A stretch of DNA of 49,724 bases from the NCBI GenBank assembly GCA_965215565.1, contig CBDCDZ010000002.1, positions 1 through 49,724 of the forward strand, written 5' to 3'. Numbering within the stretch: the first letter of the stretch is position 1; each line of letters starts with the position of its first letter. This DNA comes from Trueperaceae bacterium (lineage in GTDB: Bacteria; Deinococcota; Deinococci; Deinococcales; Trueperaceae). Positions 1-9,720 of this stretch are shown in pieces. Both the position numbers and the translations under genes were made by a program. The notes beneath the pieces are model-generated. The model was not told where the DNA came from. It did not search any database and was given only the letters and a program-made list of their open reading frames with translations.

Positions 1-409
1 ACAGCCGCAGAATGGTGCATCCGCTAAATTTCATGCGGTTTTCAGAGTTCGTTTTCTCTGTTTTTAGCGTAAGGTACTAAATCGGTAATTTATAGCGAAC
101 TTCGTGGACGAACCAAGAAGCTCTGAGGCTAAAAGAGCATAAAGTCGGCGGCGCGTAGACTTTTCAGCTTGCGCGTACGCCCTGCCTTCAAAAAGATCAT
201 CCTCTAAGCACCTCTACCTTGCGAACCTCAATGCTGCCGCCCCAAAGCCTCAGAAAACTCTCTGGCGGTGGCCCCAGCGTCGTCAGTTCCGGCATTCACG
301 ATGAGCTGGCCGATGGGCGTGCTCAGCGAATGGACCAACGCCAACTTCACCGGGAGTGTTCGTCTTGAGTGAGGTTGCCGCCTCTGAACTGAAGAGCTTG
401 CCAGCAAGC

Positions 410-1885
410 TCACACCCAAGCAGACGCACTCTTTGATACATCATCTTTATCACCGCTGGTCGGTGGCTCGTTAAAAGGAAGTTGTCCGACTTCCTCAATA
501 ACCTGTAGATTGGGGCCTCCGAGCGTACGGCCTATTTCCGCGCCCTGCGCCTCGAGCGCGTCCTGGAGCAAGTCTAGCTGGACGCTCCTAACGCTCATTT
601 TTCCAACCGCAGCAAGCGCGGCGGCAGTGCCCACCGCCTGACCCTGCGCCATACAGATGGGAATCACACGAGTCGACGCGATGGCTTCGTGCGTAGCAGA
701 TATACACTTGCCCACCATCATGAGCCCTTCCACCTTTCGCGCGATAAGGCTACGCAAGGGAATGGTATAAGCCTCGACGTTCTGAGACTCCACCCAGGTG
801 CCGCCAGGCCTATGAATATCAATATGGTAAGCTCCCATCGCTACGGCGTCACCAAAACGCCGTCCGCTAACGACATCTTCGCCTGTTAGCACGTAGTCAC
901 CCATGATGCGGCGGCTCTCGCGGACACCCAACATCGGGGCAATTTCCACGATATAAGCGTTTTCGCAGCCCGGTACATAGTTCCTGAAAAATCTTAACAA
1001 CTCAGGAATCTGCTGATAAATTTTTGTGTAGGCTTGACTTACGCTCTCAACATCTGTGGGATCGAGGCCGAGAACTCTGGTAGTCACGACCGTCATCTGG
1101 TCGGGCCGGTGATTCTTCACACCCACGACCCGAGTCTGTGGCAAGGTAAGGTCGCCGTTAGCCCGCGCCTTTTCCATAAGCCCTGCGAAGCCGCCCAAGA
1201 CGAACGTCTCGAGGGTGTCGATGCGCGCCATCATCTTGTCCCACAGGTCGGGAAAATCGTGAATCCATTCCCGGTAGTTGAGTGAGTGGTTCTTGCAAGC
1301 CGCCACAAACCTGTCGCGGTCGAGCCCACCCAGCCTGAAAACCAACGTAGGTGCTTGGACCAGCCCGTCTGCAGTGCGACCTTTCTCCCAATCAACCCCG
1401 CCGCGAGCAGCGACGTCGCCGTCGCCGCTGGCGTCTATCACGACGTCTGCAAAGATGTTCTGCCGCCCTGTCTTATGCTCGACGGTCACCCCAACAATTT
1501 TGTCCTCTTCTCTCAGCGTGTCTACAACGTGTGTGTGCATCATGACCTGAACACCTGCTTCTTGAACGAGCTGCATGGCGAGACATTTCCAAAGGTGAGA
1601 GTCGAGGCTCACCAGCGAGCCGCATTTGGGGTCGAACTCGTAGCGAGAGGCCGCTCCCATGTTTTGCAAGCGGGTCACAATTTCGTGAGGTAAGCCTTTC
1701 ACAACTTGACGGTACTCACGATCATGAAACCCGAGCCAGGGCAAGGTTGCCGAGATGCCTCCCAAAAAGCCACCATACTCGAGCAGAAGAACCTCGGCGC
1801 CGTTTCGTCCGGCGGCGATGGCCGAACTTAAGCCACCTGCTCCTGAGCCGACAACAACAACTTGTGTGGTCAAGGATTTAAGCAT
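410..1885 (-). CDS. FAD-dependent oxidoreductase (FAD_oxidored / PF12831-like family)
   Basis: N-terminal VVVVGSGAGG dinucleotide motif, LEYGGFLGG, DASGDGDVAA, GVRESRRI, and the YTIPLRSL and GKCISATHEA motifs. RBS AAAGGGAG precedes the ATG. Confidence 0.9.
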   Translation of the reverse strand: MLKSLTTQVVVVGSGAGGLSSAIAAGRNGAEVLLLEYGGFLGGISATLPWLGFHDREYRQVVKGLPHEIVTRLQNMGAASRYEFDPKCGSLVSLDSHLWKCLAMQLVQEAGVQVMMHTHVVDTLREEDKIVGVTVEHKTGRQNIFADVVIDASGDGDVAARGGVDWEKGRTADGLVQAPTLVFRLGGLDRDRFVAACKNHSLNYREWIHDFPDLWDKMMARIDTLETFVLGGFAGLMEKARANGDLTLPQTRVVGVKNHRPDQMTVVTTRVLGLDPTDVESVSQAYTKIYQQIPELLRFFRNYVPGCENAYIVEIAPMLGVRESRRIMGDYVLTGEDVVSGRRFGDAVAMGAYHIDIHRPGGTWVESQNVEAYTIPLRSLIARKVEGLMMVGKCISATHEAIASTRVIPICMAQGQAVGTAAALAAVGKMSVRSVQLDLLQDALEAQGAEIGRTLGGPNLQVIEEVGQLPFNEPPTSGDKDDVSKSASAWV

Positions 1886-1975
1886 GTGTCTCCCTTTCTT
1901 CTAGCAGATTTGGCTTGGCACGATATCTAACCGCCCAGAAACATCATCTGGCTCTACCGTAATTGCCGGTTAAGG

Positions 1976-2101
1976 CTAGTCGAGATTGGTGCAGATGACG
2001 GCGAATAACGAAGCATCTACTTCAGTAAAGAGGTCACCGTTCGTACGAACCTTGAAATGGACCCCATCGTCAAGCCACAATTTAGGCTTGTTCCGAGCCA
2101 T
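1976..2101 (-). CDS. Putative 41-aa small protein or gene remnant upstream of the oxidoreductase
   Basis: Strong RBS GGAGGGAG directly before the ATG at 2101. Reads MARNKPKLWLDDGVHFKVRTNGDLFTEVDASLFAVICTNLD*. Below the size cut-off of the supplied ORF track. Confidence 0.35.
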   Translation of the reverse strand: MARNKPKLWLDDGVHFKVRTNGDLFTEVDASLFAVICTNLD

Positions 2102-2153
2102 ACTCCCTCCCTTCGGTGAGTGTTGGGTGAGTGTACCAGTTATCCTCTAAGTC

Positions 2154-2183
2154 TTGACATCTATCCTACAACTGTTGTAGCCT
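2154..2183 (+). promoter_or_regulatory. Sigma70-type promoter with an overlapping palindromic operator candidate (FadR family)
   Basis: TTGACA (2154-2159), 18-nt spacer, TAGCCT (2178-2183). The inverted repeat CTACAAC-t-GTTGTAG (2166-2180) lies in the spacer/-10 region, upstream of the FadR gene. Confidence 0.55.
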
Positions 2184-2256
2184 TAACGCAATAGCGCAAA
2201 GCATGTGCATCGGTCCCGATATACAGCGGTTCGGTGTTTATACATAAAGGAGAGGC

Positions 2257-2967
2257 GTGCCCGCACACCGATCATCGAACGACAATTTACATCATTCTGT
2301 ACAAACCGCCATCAAGGCTTATATCCTTGACAACGGTCTCAAAACCGGCGACCCCATCAAGCCGGAAATGGAGTTTTCAAGGGATTTGGGTGTAAGCCGA
2401 AACTCGGTAAGAGAAGCTGTAAAGGTTTTGGAATCGCTCGGCATTATCGAGGCGCGTCGGGGCAGCGGGATTTTCGTAGGCCACTTCTCCTTTGAACCTC
2501 TTCTCGACAATTTACCTTACGCCCTCATGAAAAACCTCGACGGCCTCGAGGACCTGATGGATATCAGGCAGCTCCTCGAAGTAGGCATGGCAGAGCGCAT
2601 TGTCGCTACGCTTACCCGAAACCAGTTGCGAGCTTTAAGAAGCGTTACCGAGGCCATGCGAGACAAAACAAAGCTGGGTGAGACCTTTTCTGAGCAAGAC
2701 CGCGAGTTTCACCGGCTGCTCAACGCCAACGTAGACAATGAAATTCATCATCAGCTCTTAGACGTGTTTTGGCTCGCCTTCCGGCGCGCCGCCGAGCACG
2801 TTGACATCTACACCCCCCGACCCGAAAAAACGCTTCAAGACCATGTTGCTATTGTCGACGCACTCCAGGCCAAAAACGCCGCTCACCTTCGTCAAGCCAT
2901 AGAGGAGCACTACACGGACATCAGGAACAGGCTGGCCGCCACGCCCCGGGTCGGTAAGCATGATTGA
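2257..2967 (+). CDS. GntR/FadR family transcriptional regulator
   Basis: wHTH LGVSRNSVREAVKVLESLGIIEARRGSG, FCD domain (DREFH...H...H), RBS AAGGAG. Confidence 0.93.
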   Translation: MPAHRSSNDNLHHSVQTAIKAYILDNGLKTGDPIKPEMEFSRDLGVSRNSVREAVKVLESLGIIEARRGSGIFVGHFSFEPLLDNLPYALMKNLDGLEDLMDIRQLLEVGMAERIVATLTRNQLRALRSVTEAMRDKTKLGETFSEQDREFHRLLNANVDNEIHHQLLDVFWLAFRRAAEHVDIYTPRPEKTLQDHVAIVDALQAKNAAHLRQAIEEHYTDIRNRLAATPRVGKHD

Positions 2968-3853
2968 GCTGCGCGGTGTCATTCCACCCTTGGTCACCCC
3001 CGTAGGCGCGGACGGCGGCCTAGACGAAGGAACGCTAAAGCGCCTCGTTGACCGTGCAATCGAAGCTGGTGTGGCGGGTCTTTTTGTAGCAGGTAGCAGC
3101 GGCGAAGGTCCCTGGCTGAGTGGAGTTACCCTTCGCAAGCTTGTATCCTGCGCGAAAGAATACGCGGATGGGCGCGTACCTTTGCTCGTGGGTGTGCTCG
3201 AGCCCAGCACGGAGCGCGTGCTCAGCCTGGCAGACGACGTGGTGAGTGCAGGTGCTGACGCACTTGTCATCGCCACTCCTTACTATTTTACCTGCGACGA
3301 AAGGACGCAGGCACGTCACTTCGAGCGGATCGCGGACGCGTCCCCAGTCCCCATCGTGCTTTACAACATCCCGCAAATGACCCACAACCCCGTCTCCGCA
3401 GCCACGGTGGAGAAGGTTATGGGCCACCCTAACATTATCGGCTTAAAAGATAGCGAGGGCGACCTGGCTAAGTTTCAAGACTTTCTCGAGCTGAGCCGAG
3501 GCGATAAAACCTTCCGTACGCTCCAGGGGTCCGAGACGCAAGCCGCCGCCGCCTTAAAGCTCGGCGCGGACGGGCTCGTGCCGGGGCTCGGCAACATCAT
3601 CCCCGGCCATTTCACCGCCATGTACCGAGCGTCGGAGCGGGGTGCTCACGACGCGTGCGAGCGCCTTCAGGCCGACATAGACAAGCTCTGGCAACTCCAC
3701 ACCCACGGCTACTGGCTCTCCTGCCTTAAATACGCCTCGAGCATCGTCGGGGGCGGGACGGGTCAGACCCTGGGAAGGCCCTCTCTCCCCGACGATGCCC
3801 GGACCGCCATCGAAAAACTCGTGACTCAAGTTTCCGCACCCATAAGCGCGTAA
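2960..3853 (+). CDS. Dihydrodipicolinate synthase/N-acetylneuraminate lyase family (class I aldolase)
   Basis: GVIPPLVTP, GSSGEG, LYNIP and the Schiff-base Lys in GLKDS. Confidence 0.9.
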   Translation: MIELRGVIPPLVTPVGADGGLDEGTLKRLVDRAIEAGVAGLFVAGSSGEGPWLSGVTLRKLVSCAKEYADGRVPLLVGVLEPSTERVLSLADDVVSAGADALVIATPYYFTCDERTQARHFERIADASPVPIVLYNIPQMTHNPVSAATVEKVMGHPNIIGLKDSEGDLAKFQDFLELSRGDKTFRTLQGSETQAAAALKLGADGLVPGLGNIIPGHFTAMYRASERGAHDACERLQADIDKLWQLHTHGYWLSCLKYASSIVGGGTGQTLGRPSLPDDARTAIEKLVTQVSAPISA

Positions 3854-3874
3854 AGGGTTAAGAAAGGAAAAAAT

Positions 3875-5374
3875 ATGAGAAAACTCCTGCTCACCCTCAC
3901 CATTGCCCTCACCTTTTTTGCTGCGTTCGCGCAAGACGACCCCACCCCCACGCTCGACGAAATTACGATTCTCGCCCGCTCCCCTTTTCCAGCCCCCACG
4001 CCGCGCGAAAATAATGCCTACTTGCAAAAGATAGAAGCAGACTTGGGTGTCAGACTCAACTTCGAGTTTGTACCCTCGAGCGAGTTCGCCGCGCGCCTCG
4101 GGACGGTATTCGCCTCGGGCGACCTGCCCGACCTCGTGGTCGGCGCGCCCTCGGACTACCCCATCATCCTCCAAGCCGTAGAACAGGGCGCGTTCGTCTC
4201 CCTCGAAGACGCGGGGCTGCTTGACGCGCTCAAAGACCCGTCACAGTTTCCCGGAATCAGTCAGTACCCGGAGATCATTTGGCAGAACAGCGCGGTCAAC
4301 GGCAAAGTCTACGGCGTACCTACCGGAGCCCAGCAGTACCAGAACGGCTCCTTCATCCGCACGGACTGGCTCGAGAATTTAGGGCTCGACATACCTACCA
4401 CCGCTGAGGAGCTTGAGAACGTCTTGGTCGCCTTCACAACCCAAGATCCCGACGGTAACGGGGTGAATGATACCTTCGGCGCTTGCCTGAGCGAAGGCGG
4501 GACCTGGACACCCTTTCTGGAAGCGTTTGGCGTGCCCAGCGGTTGGAAAGTACAGGGCGACGGCACGCTTCTCAACTCCCAGGTGAGTGACGAAATGCGC
4601 GCCGCCGTCAGCTACATGCATAACCTTTATGAGCAGGGCGTATTTGATACCGACTTCCCGGCCCTCGGCGTCGGCGACATGTACACCCAGTTCATCGAGG
4701 GCCGGTGCGGGCTGCTGCCTCAAAACTTGGCCTCAGGTTACGACCTGCAGGGTGCTCAGCTTAGGGAACTCGAGCCAGACGCAGAGGTGTACCCCATCGA
4801 TCCGGTTGTTGCCGACGGTTACGAGCGCGTTACCTACCTTCGTTCCGGCTTCAACACCACCACACAGATCAGCGTCGAGTACAGAAACGAACCCGAGAAA
4901 ATCCGCGACTTACTGACCATTATTGACTACTTCGTCAGGGAGGATACTCGTGACTTCGTCAACTTCGGTTTCGAAGGTGTTAACTACACGGTCAACGAAG
5001 ACGGCAGCTTTGTTCAAACCGAACAGGGAAAAAACGACATCGGCTGGATACGCGCTTGGGGTCCGCGCCACTACGAGCGCGTCGTCAACGCCCCTTACGT
5101 CCTTCCGGCTACCCGTGAGCAGATTCTAAAGGACACCGAACGCCTTTCGGCTTACGGGATTGCCGATCCCACCTGGGGCGTTTTTCCCGAACTCGGCATG
5201 GACGACCCGACTGCTGTGCTTAATGACTTTTCGCAAAGCACTTTCATCCGCATGATAACAGGCGACCAGAGCTTAGACGAATGGAACGCTTACGTCGAAG
5301 ACTGGTACAGCCGCGGCGGTCGCGAGTTGACGGACGCGACAACCACGGCCTACAACCGGGTCAAAAGTCAGTAG
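3875..5374 (+). CDS. Carbohydrate ABC transporter substrate-binding protein (LplA-like)
   Basis: Signal peptide ending AAFAQ, FASGDLPD, NGKVYGVP, IRTDWLENLGL, DPDGNG, FGFEGVNY. Confidence 0.9.
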   Translation: MRKLLLTLTIALTFFAAFAQDDPTPTLDEITILARSPFPAPTPRENNAYLQKIEADLGVRLNFEFVPSSEFAARLGTVFASGDLPDLVVGAPSDYPIILQAVEQGAFVSLEDAGLLDALKDPSQFPGISQYPEIIWQNSAVNGKVYGVPTGAQQYQNGSFIRTDWLENLGLDIPTTAEELENVLVAFTTQDPDGNGVNDTFGACLSEGGTWTPFLEAFGVPSGWKVQGDGTLLNSQVSDEMRAAVSYMHNLYEQGVFDTDFPALGVGDMYTQFIEGRCGLLPQNLASGYDLQGAQLRELEPDAEVYPIDPVVADGYERVTYLRSGFNTTTQISVEYRNEPEKIRDLLTIIDYFVREDTRDFVNFGFEGVNYTVNEDGSFVQTEQGKNDIGWIRAWGPRHYERVVNAPYVLPATREQILKDTERLSAYGIADPTWGVFPELGMDDPTAVLNDFSQSTFIRMITGDQSLDEWNAYVEDWYSRGGRELTDATTTAYNRVKSQ

Positions 5375-5382
5375 AAAGTGAC

Positions 5383-5405
5383 GGCGGGGCGGCTAATGCC
5401 CCGCC
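5383..5405 (+). other. Intergenic stem-loop after the substrate-binding protein gene (probable mRNA-stabilising hairpin)
   Basis: GGCGGGGC-ggctaat-GCCCCGCC with no U tract, between the SBP and permease genes. Confidence 0.5.
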
Positions 5406-5417
5406 TAACTCAACCCC

Positions 5418-6383
5418 ATGACTACCGATTCCCTAGAACGAAGTGTCAAGCAGCCGCCCCGGCGAGCCCCGACGTCCGCTCTGCGCAAGACCGCGCGCCA
5501 ATTGTGGCGCCACCGCTGGCTCTACGTTATGCTGCTACCCGGCCTGCTCTTTTTCGGAGTGTTTGTTTACTGGCCCCACCTCGGCAGCGTCGTCGCCTTT
5601 CAGGACTACAGCCCCTTTTTGGGCTTTGAGGACAGTCCCTGGGTCGGCCTCAAACATTTCAGGCGTATGTTCGCGGACCCGGAGGTGTGGCGGGTCACCT
5701 GGAACACGCTCTACTTAAACTTCCTCGGCCTCGGCTTCGGCTTTCCCCTTGCCATCATTCTGGCCGTCATGATCTACGAAGCGAAAAACAAGCTGTTCAA
5801 GCGGTTTGTGCAGACCGCCGTGTTTGTTCCCTATTTCATCTCTCTGGTCGTCATTGTCGGGATTTGGTATCAGCTGTTCGGCTCGAGCGGCCTCGTCAAT
5901 GAGGCTCTTGTCTCATTGGGCGCCAACAAGATAAGCTTTATGACGAGTCCCGACTGGTTTCGCTTCAATTACGTTGCCCAGTCCATCTGGAAAAATACCG
6001 GCTATAACACCATCATCTATCTTGCCGCCTTAGCGGGTGTGTCGAGCGAGCTTCATGACGCGGCAGCCATCGACGGCGCGAGCCGTTTACAGCGTATTTG
6101 GCACGTCACCCTTCCCGCCATCCGCCCCGTGATCGTCATTTTATTCATCCTCAGCCTCGGCCATATCCTCTCGGTCGGTTTTGAACATGTGTTCCTCTTG
6201 CTGAACGCGTCCAACGACCTGACCGCCCAGGTTATCGACACTTTCGTGTACTACCGCGGCGTCGCTGCGGGGAACTTCTCTTTTGCCACCGCGGTCGGTC
6301 TCATCAAAGGGGTGGTGGCTCTGGTGCTTGTTCTCACGGCGAATCACGCCGTGAGGCGCTTCACCGGAAAAGGGGCATTCTGA
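5418..6383 (+). CDS. Carbohydrate ABC transporter permease (LplB-like)
   Basis: SPWVGLKHF, the EAA-like loop LHDAAAIDGASRLQRIWHVTLP, and several TM segments. Confidence 0.92.
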   Translation: MTTDSLERSVKQPPRRAPTSALRKTARQLWRHRWLYVMLLPGLLFFGVFVYWPHLGSVVAFQDYSPFLGFEDSPWVGLKHFRRMFADPEVWRVTWNTLYLNFLGLGFGFPLAIILAVMIYEAKNKLFKRFVQTAVFVPYFISLVVIVGIWYQLFGSSGLVNEALVSLGANKISFMTSPDWFRFNYVAQSIWKNTGYNTIIYLAALAGVSSELHDAAAIDGASRLQRIWHVTLPAIRPVIVILFILSLGHILSVGFEHVFLLLNASNDLTAQVIDTFVYYRGVAAGNFSFATAVGLIKGVVALVLVLTANHAVRRFTGKGAF

Positions 6384-7246
6384 TGGTGGAATCCCGCAGG
6401 TTACAAGACAAGGTTTTCGACTACGTCAACTACCTGATACTCGCGGTTGTCGCCCTCCTCATGCTGTTCCCCTTCGTCTACGTCCTTCTCAACAGTTTTG
6501 CCGACTACGGCGCGGTACGTAGCGGCTTTCAGCTCCTCCCGGAGCGCTGGTCTACCAAGGCCTACGAGCTTGTGCTTTCCAACCCCGCCATTTTGCGCTC
6601 GCTACAGAACTCGGTCTTTCTGGCGACCGTCGGTACGGTTGTCAAGCTCGCCCTCACGACCGTAACGGCGTTTGTGCTCGCCAGCCCCAAACTGCTCGGG
6701 CGGCGCTTCTTTATCTCGCTGGTCGTGTTACCCATCTTGTTCTGGCCGGGGCTCATCCCTCGCTTTCTCGTGGTCAAAGAGGTCGGGCTCCTTAATTCTT
6801 TGTGGGCGCTCATTCTGCCTTCCGCCATCGAGCCCTTCTTGCTGCTTGTCATGGTGGGATTTTTCCGGACCCTGCCCAGCGAGCTTTATGAGTCTGCCGA
6901 GCTAGACGGCGCGAACGACTGGACGATCTTCTACCGGATCGCGCTGCCCTTGTCACTGCCCGTCCTCGCGGCTGTCGGGCTCTTCTACGCGGTCGAGTTA
7001 TGGAACATGTACTTCCCGGCCATCCTCTACATCACCGACCCGAGTAAGTGGCCCCTGCAAGTCATCATGCGTCAGACGGTCATTCTGGGACAGGCGAACG
7101 ACGTGGCGGACGCCGCGATAGATGTGCCCTCCTACGCGCTACAGATGGCGACGATCATCGTCTCGACGCTTCCTATCATACTGGTCTATCCGTTTTTACA
7201 ACGCTTTTTCCTCTCGGGTCGCTTAACCGGCGCGTTGAAAGGATGA
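6383..7246 (+). CDS. Carbohydrate ABC transporter permease (LplC-like)
   Basis: EAA loop ELYESAELDGA, LPLSLP, YPFLQRFF and a C-terminal GALKG. Confidence 0.92.
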   Translation: MVESRRLQDKVFDYVNYLILAVVALLMLFPFVYVLLNSFADYGAVRSGFQLLPERWSTKAYELVLSNPAILRSLQNSVFLATVGTVVKLALTTVTAFVLASPKLLGRRFFISLVVLPILFWPGLIPRFLVVKEVGLLNSLWALILPSAIEPFLLLVMVGFFRTLPSELYESAELDGANDWTIFYRIALPLSLPVLAAVGLFYAVELWNMYFPAILYITDPSKWPLQVIMRQTVILGQANDVADAAIDVPSYALQMATIIVSTLPIILVYPFLQRFFLSGRLTGALKG

Positions 7247-7250
7247 TGAA

Positions 7251-8333
7251 ATGACCCTCCCGGCCACGCCTCGCTACGCTTTCGATTTAGAGCCTGTCGC
7301 CCCCGCGACCGAGCAACTGCGCCGTCGCAGTGAGGCCAGTATGGTCACTCTCACCAATGGTGACGTTCTACTGGCCTATGCGAACCATACAGACAAAAGC
7401 GACAATGACCGCGGGCACATCGCCGGACGACACCTGTCTGGAGGAAAGCCAATTGGCGAAGAGCGCGTCCTCGTACCTCCCCCCGAGAACGGCCTCAACG
7501 TCATGTCTCCGGCCCTAAAGCGTCTGCCGGACGGACGTATCGGCATGTTGTTCAGCTACCGTCTCAGTACAAAGGAGGCTTCCCGACAGTTCATCTCTTC
7601 TAAAGACGAGGGAAAAACTTGGTCGGAGCCCGTGACGGTCGCCGACGGGAACTACAAAACAGGTTGCCACGACCGTTTCACGGTTCACTCCTCGGGACGT
7701 CTGCTAGCGCCACTTCACTGCACCGACGATTGGGAGAAGTTTCACCTGCACGTGCGCGTCGCTCGGTCCGATGATGCGGGGCGCTCCTGGCGCCTGGGCG
7801 ACCCCCTCGAGTTGCCCCGTGTACGCTGGGCGGATGTCGAACTCCACTATGAGTCCGGCTGCATCGAGCCGGGTATAGCGGAACGCGCCGACGGAAGCCT
7901 GCTCATGACGATCCGGACGGCGATGGGCACACAGTTTTTTAGCGAATCTTGGGACGGCGGTGAGACCTGGTCAGAGCCGCGCAGCATGGAGGTGGTCAGC
8001 CCGGTAGCGCCCGCGCACCTGTCGCGCCTGCCCGAATCGGACGACCTACTCCTCGTTTGGACCTCCGATTACGACGCGAAAGTCAGGCTTGCGGGCGAGC
8101 GCCACACCATTACCGCCTGCGTAAGCTCGGATGGCGGAAGGTCTTGGCCGCGCGAGCGGCGGCGGGTTCTCGTTCATGACCCTGACCACAGTGTAGATTA
8201 CCCGAGTGTTCTTTACCACCTGGGTGAGGCTTGGCTCACGCTACGTGTGTCGTCTGGACCAGGGGTAGTCGAAGGGCTTACTTCAACGTGCTTGATGCGC
8301 GTCCCGCTCGAGTGGTTTTATGGAAAGGATTAA
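7251..8333 (+). CDS. BNR/Asp-box beta-propeller protein (sialidase-family fold), cytoplasmic
   Basis: Asp-boxes SKDEGKTW, SDDAGRSW, SWDGGETW and SSDGGRSW; IEPGIAE; DYPS. No signal peptide. Confidence 0.85.
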   Translation: MTLPATPRYAFDLEPVAPATEQLRRRSEASMVTLTNGDVLLAYANHTDKSDNDRGHIAGRHLSGGKPIGEERVLVPPPENGLNVMSPALKRLPDGRIGMLFSYRLSTKEASRQFISSKDEGKTWSEPVTVADGNYKTGCHDRFTVHSSGRLLAPLHCTDDWEKFHLHVRVARSDDAGRSWRLGDPLELPRVRWADVELHYESGCIEPGIAERADGSLLMTIRTAMGTQFFSESWDGGETWSEPRSMEVVSPVAPAHLSRLPESDDLLLVWTSDYDAKVRLAGERHTITACVSSDGGRSWPRERRRVLVHDPDHSVDYPSVLYHLGEAWLTLRVSSGPGVVEGLTSTCLMRVPLEWFYGKD

Positions 8334-8499
8334 CCTCTCGGTAAGGTGCAGAACACTGGCGATGCGGACGTTTGACTTAAGCACTCCCGGTCTATAAAGT
8401 TATAGCCCAACCCAATTCGGAACCGGCAGAACGCAAAATGCTCGTTGCACGCTCACATGCTTACTAGACAACAGAACTGCGTGGGAAAGGGAGTAACTT

Positions 8500-9720
8500 A
8501 TACCGACCATCACACAAACCCGCCCCATCCTTCTCAGCGCACCCTACGCCGAGAAGGAAGACCTGGAGGTCAAGCTGCACCTCCAAAGTGGTTGCCGCAC
8601 CACCGGCCTGCTCGAGGTCACGCTCGATGACGGCACCAAAGGTCTTGGTGAAGGTTACTTGGCGGTTTTTGCCCCGCACGTCTTTACGAGTATCGTCCGG
8701 TTGCTTACGCCTTATATGATCGGTAAAGAGGCGCTGGACATCCGCGCCCGCTACGATGAAGCGTGCCGCGTGACCGACTACTGGAGCCTCCAGGGTGCCG
8801 CGCGGCACGTAGTGAGCGCGCTCGAGATAGCACTTTTCGACGCGGTCGGCAAACATCTGGGTGTACCCGTCTATACACTGCTTGGGGGTAAGGCCGTCAG
8901 CACCCTGCGTCTCTACGGCTCAGGCGGTGACGGAACTACGCCTGAAGCGATGGAAAGCGAGTTAAAGCTTTTACAGGAAAAAGGTATCAGTCTCCTAAAA
9001 ATTCGGGCGCGCGGTCATCAAGTCGCTAAAGCTGTCTGGACGCTCGAGCGCGGGGCCGAGCTTGACATCGAGGTCGCCGTGGACATGACCCAAAACCTTG
9101 ACCGCCCAGGGCAGGGCGTCGCCGCGGCCTTACGTTTTGTCGAGGCTGTGGCGGCCCTCACGCGGGTGCCCATAAACTTTTTAGAGGAAGCTCTCGGCCA
9201 GCATTCTTTAAAGCGTTATCCCGAGCTGCGCTCCCGCGCCGCGTGCCGCGTGGCGGGGGGCGAGACCGTAACGACGGGGGACGAACTCTGCTCGCGCGTC
9301 GAGGCGGGTTATTACGACCTCGCGCAGCCCGACGCCACCGTCATCGGCGGCTTGCGTGAGACGCTCAAGGTTTTCGAAGCGTGCGCGCGTCACGGCGCTG
9401 AGGCGGCGGTGCATTGCTGGGGCGGCGGGGTAAGCATGATGGCGAATTATCACGCAGCTTTCGCGGGCGGGGGACGGCTTGCCGAATGGCCGATGAAGCG
9501 CTACGCTTTGCGAGACGCCCTTATGACCGACGCTCTTGACGTTGACGACGGTTGCCTTAACGCGCCAACAGGACCAGGTCTAGGCGTACACCTCACCGCA
9601 GAGACCGAACGCCTCTACCCGTTCCGTGAGGACGCGGTCTATGCTTGCCTCGTCGACGCCGTTACGCTTGACGAACGGGTATGGCGGACGGCGCGCATGA
9701 ACGAGGCCACGTGGACGTGA
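8500..9720 (+). CDS. Mandelate racemase/muconate lactonizing enzyme (enolase superfamily); start codon appears to be ATA
   Basis: The frame is open 53 codons upstream of the tracked TTG (8659) and gives the typical N-terminus ...LLEVTLDDGTKGLGEG. RBS AAAGGGAG precedes ATA at 8500, with an in-frame TAA at 8494. Also ALFDAVGKHLGVPVYTLLGG, metal ligands D/E/E, and PTGPGLG. Confidence 0.85.
   Translation: MPTITQTRPILLSAPYAEKEDLEVKLHLQSGCRTTGLLEVTLDDGTKGLGEGYLAVFAPHVFTSIVRLLTPYMIGKEALDIRARYDEACRVTDYWSLQGAARHVVSALEIALFDAVGKHLGVPVYTLLGGKAVSTLRLYGSGGDGTTPEAMESELKLLQEKGISLLKIRARGHQVAKAVWTLERGAELDIEVAVDMTQNLDRPGQGVAAALRFVEAVAALTRVPINFLEEALGQHSLKRYPELRSRAACRVAGGETVTTGDELCSRVEAGYYDLAQPDATVIGGLRETLKVFEACARHGAEAAVHCWGGGVSMMANYHAAFAGGGRLAEWPMKRYALRDALMTDALDVDDGCLNAPTGPGLGVHLTAETERLYPFREDAVYACLVDAVTLDERVWRTARMNEATWT

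Noticed and set aside
1..125. Possible transposon end at the window start
   Set aside because: AT-rich and IS-end-like, but no partner repeat or transposase lies within the window.
7251..8333. Calling the BNR protein a true sialidase (nanH) and the aldolase nanA
   Set aside because: The RIP motif is absent and there is no nanE or nanK; the fold alone does not fix the substrate.
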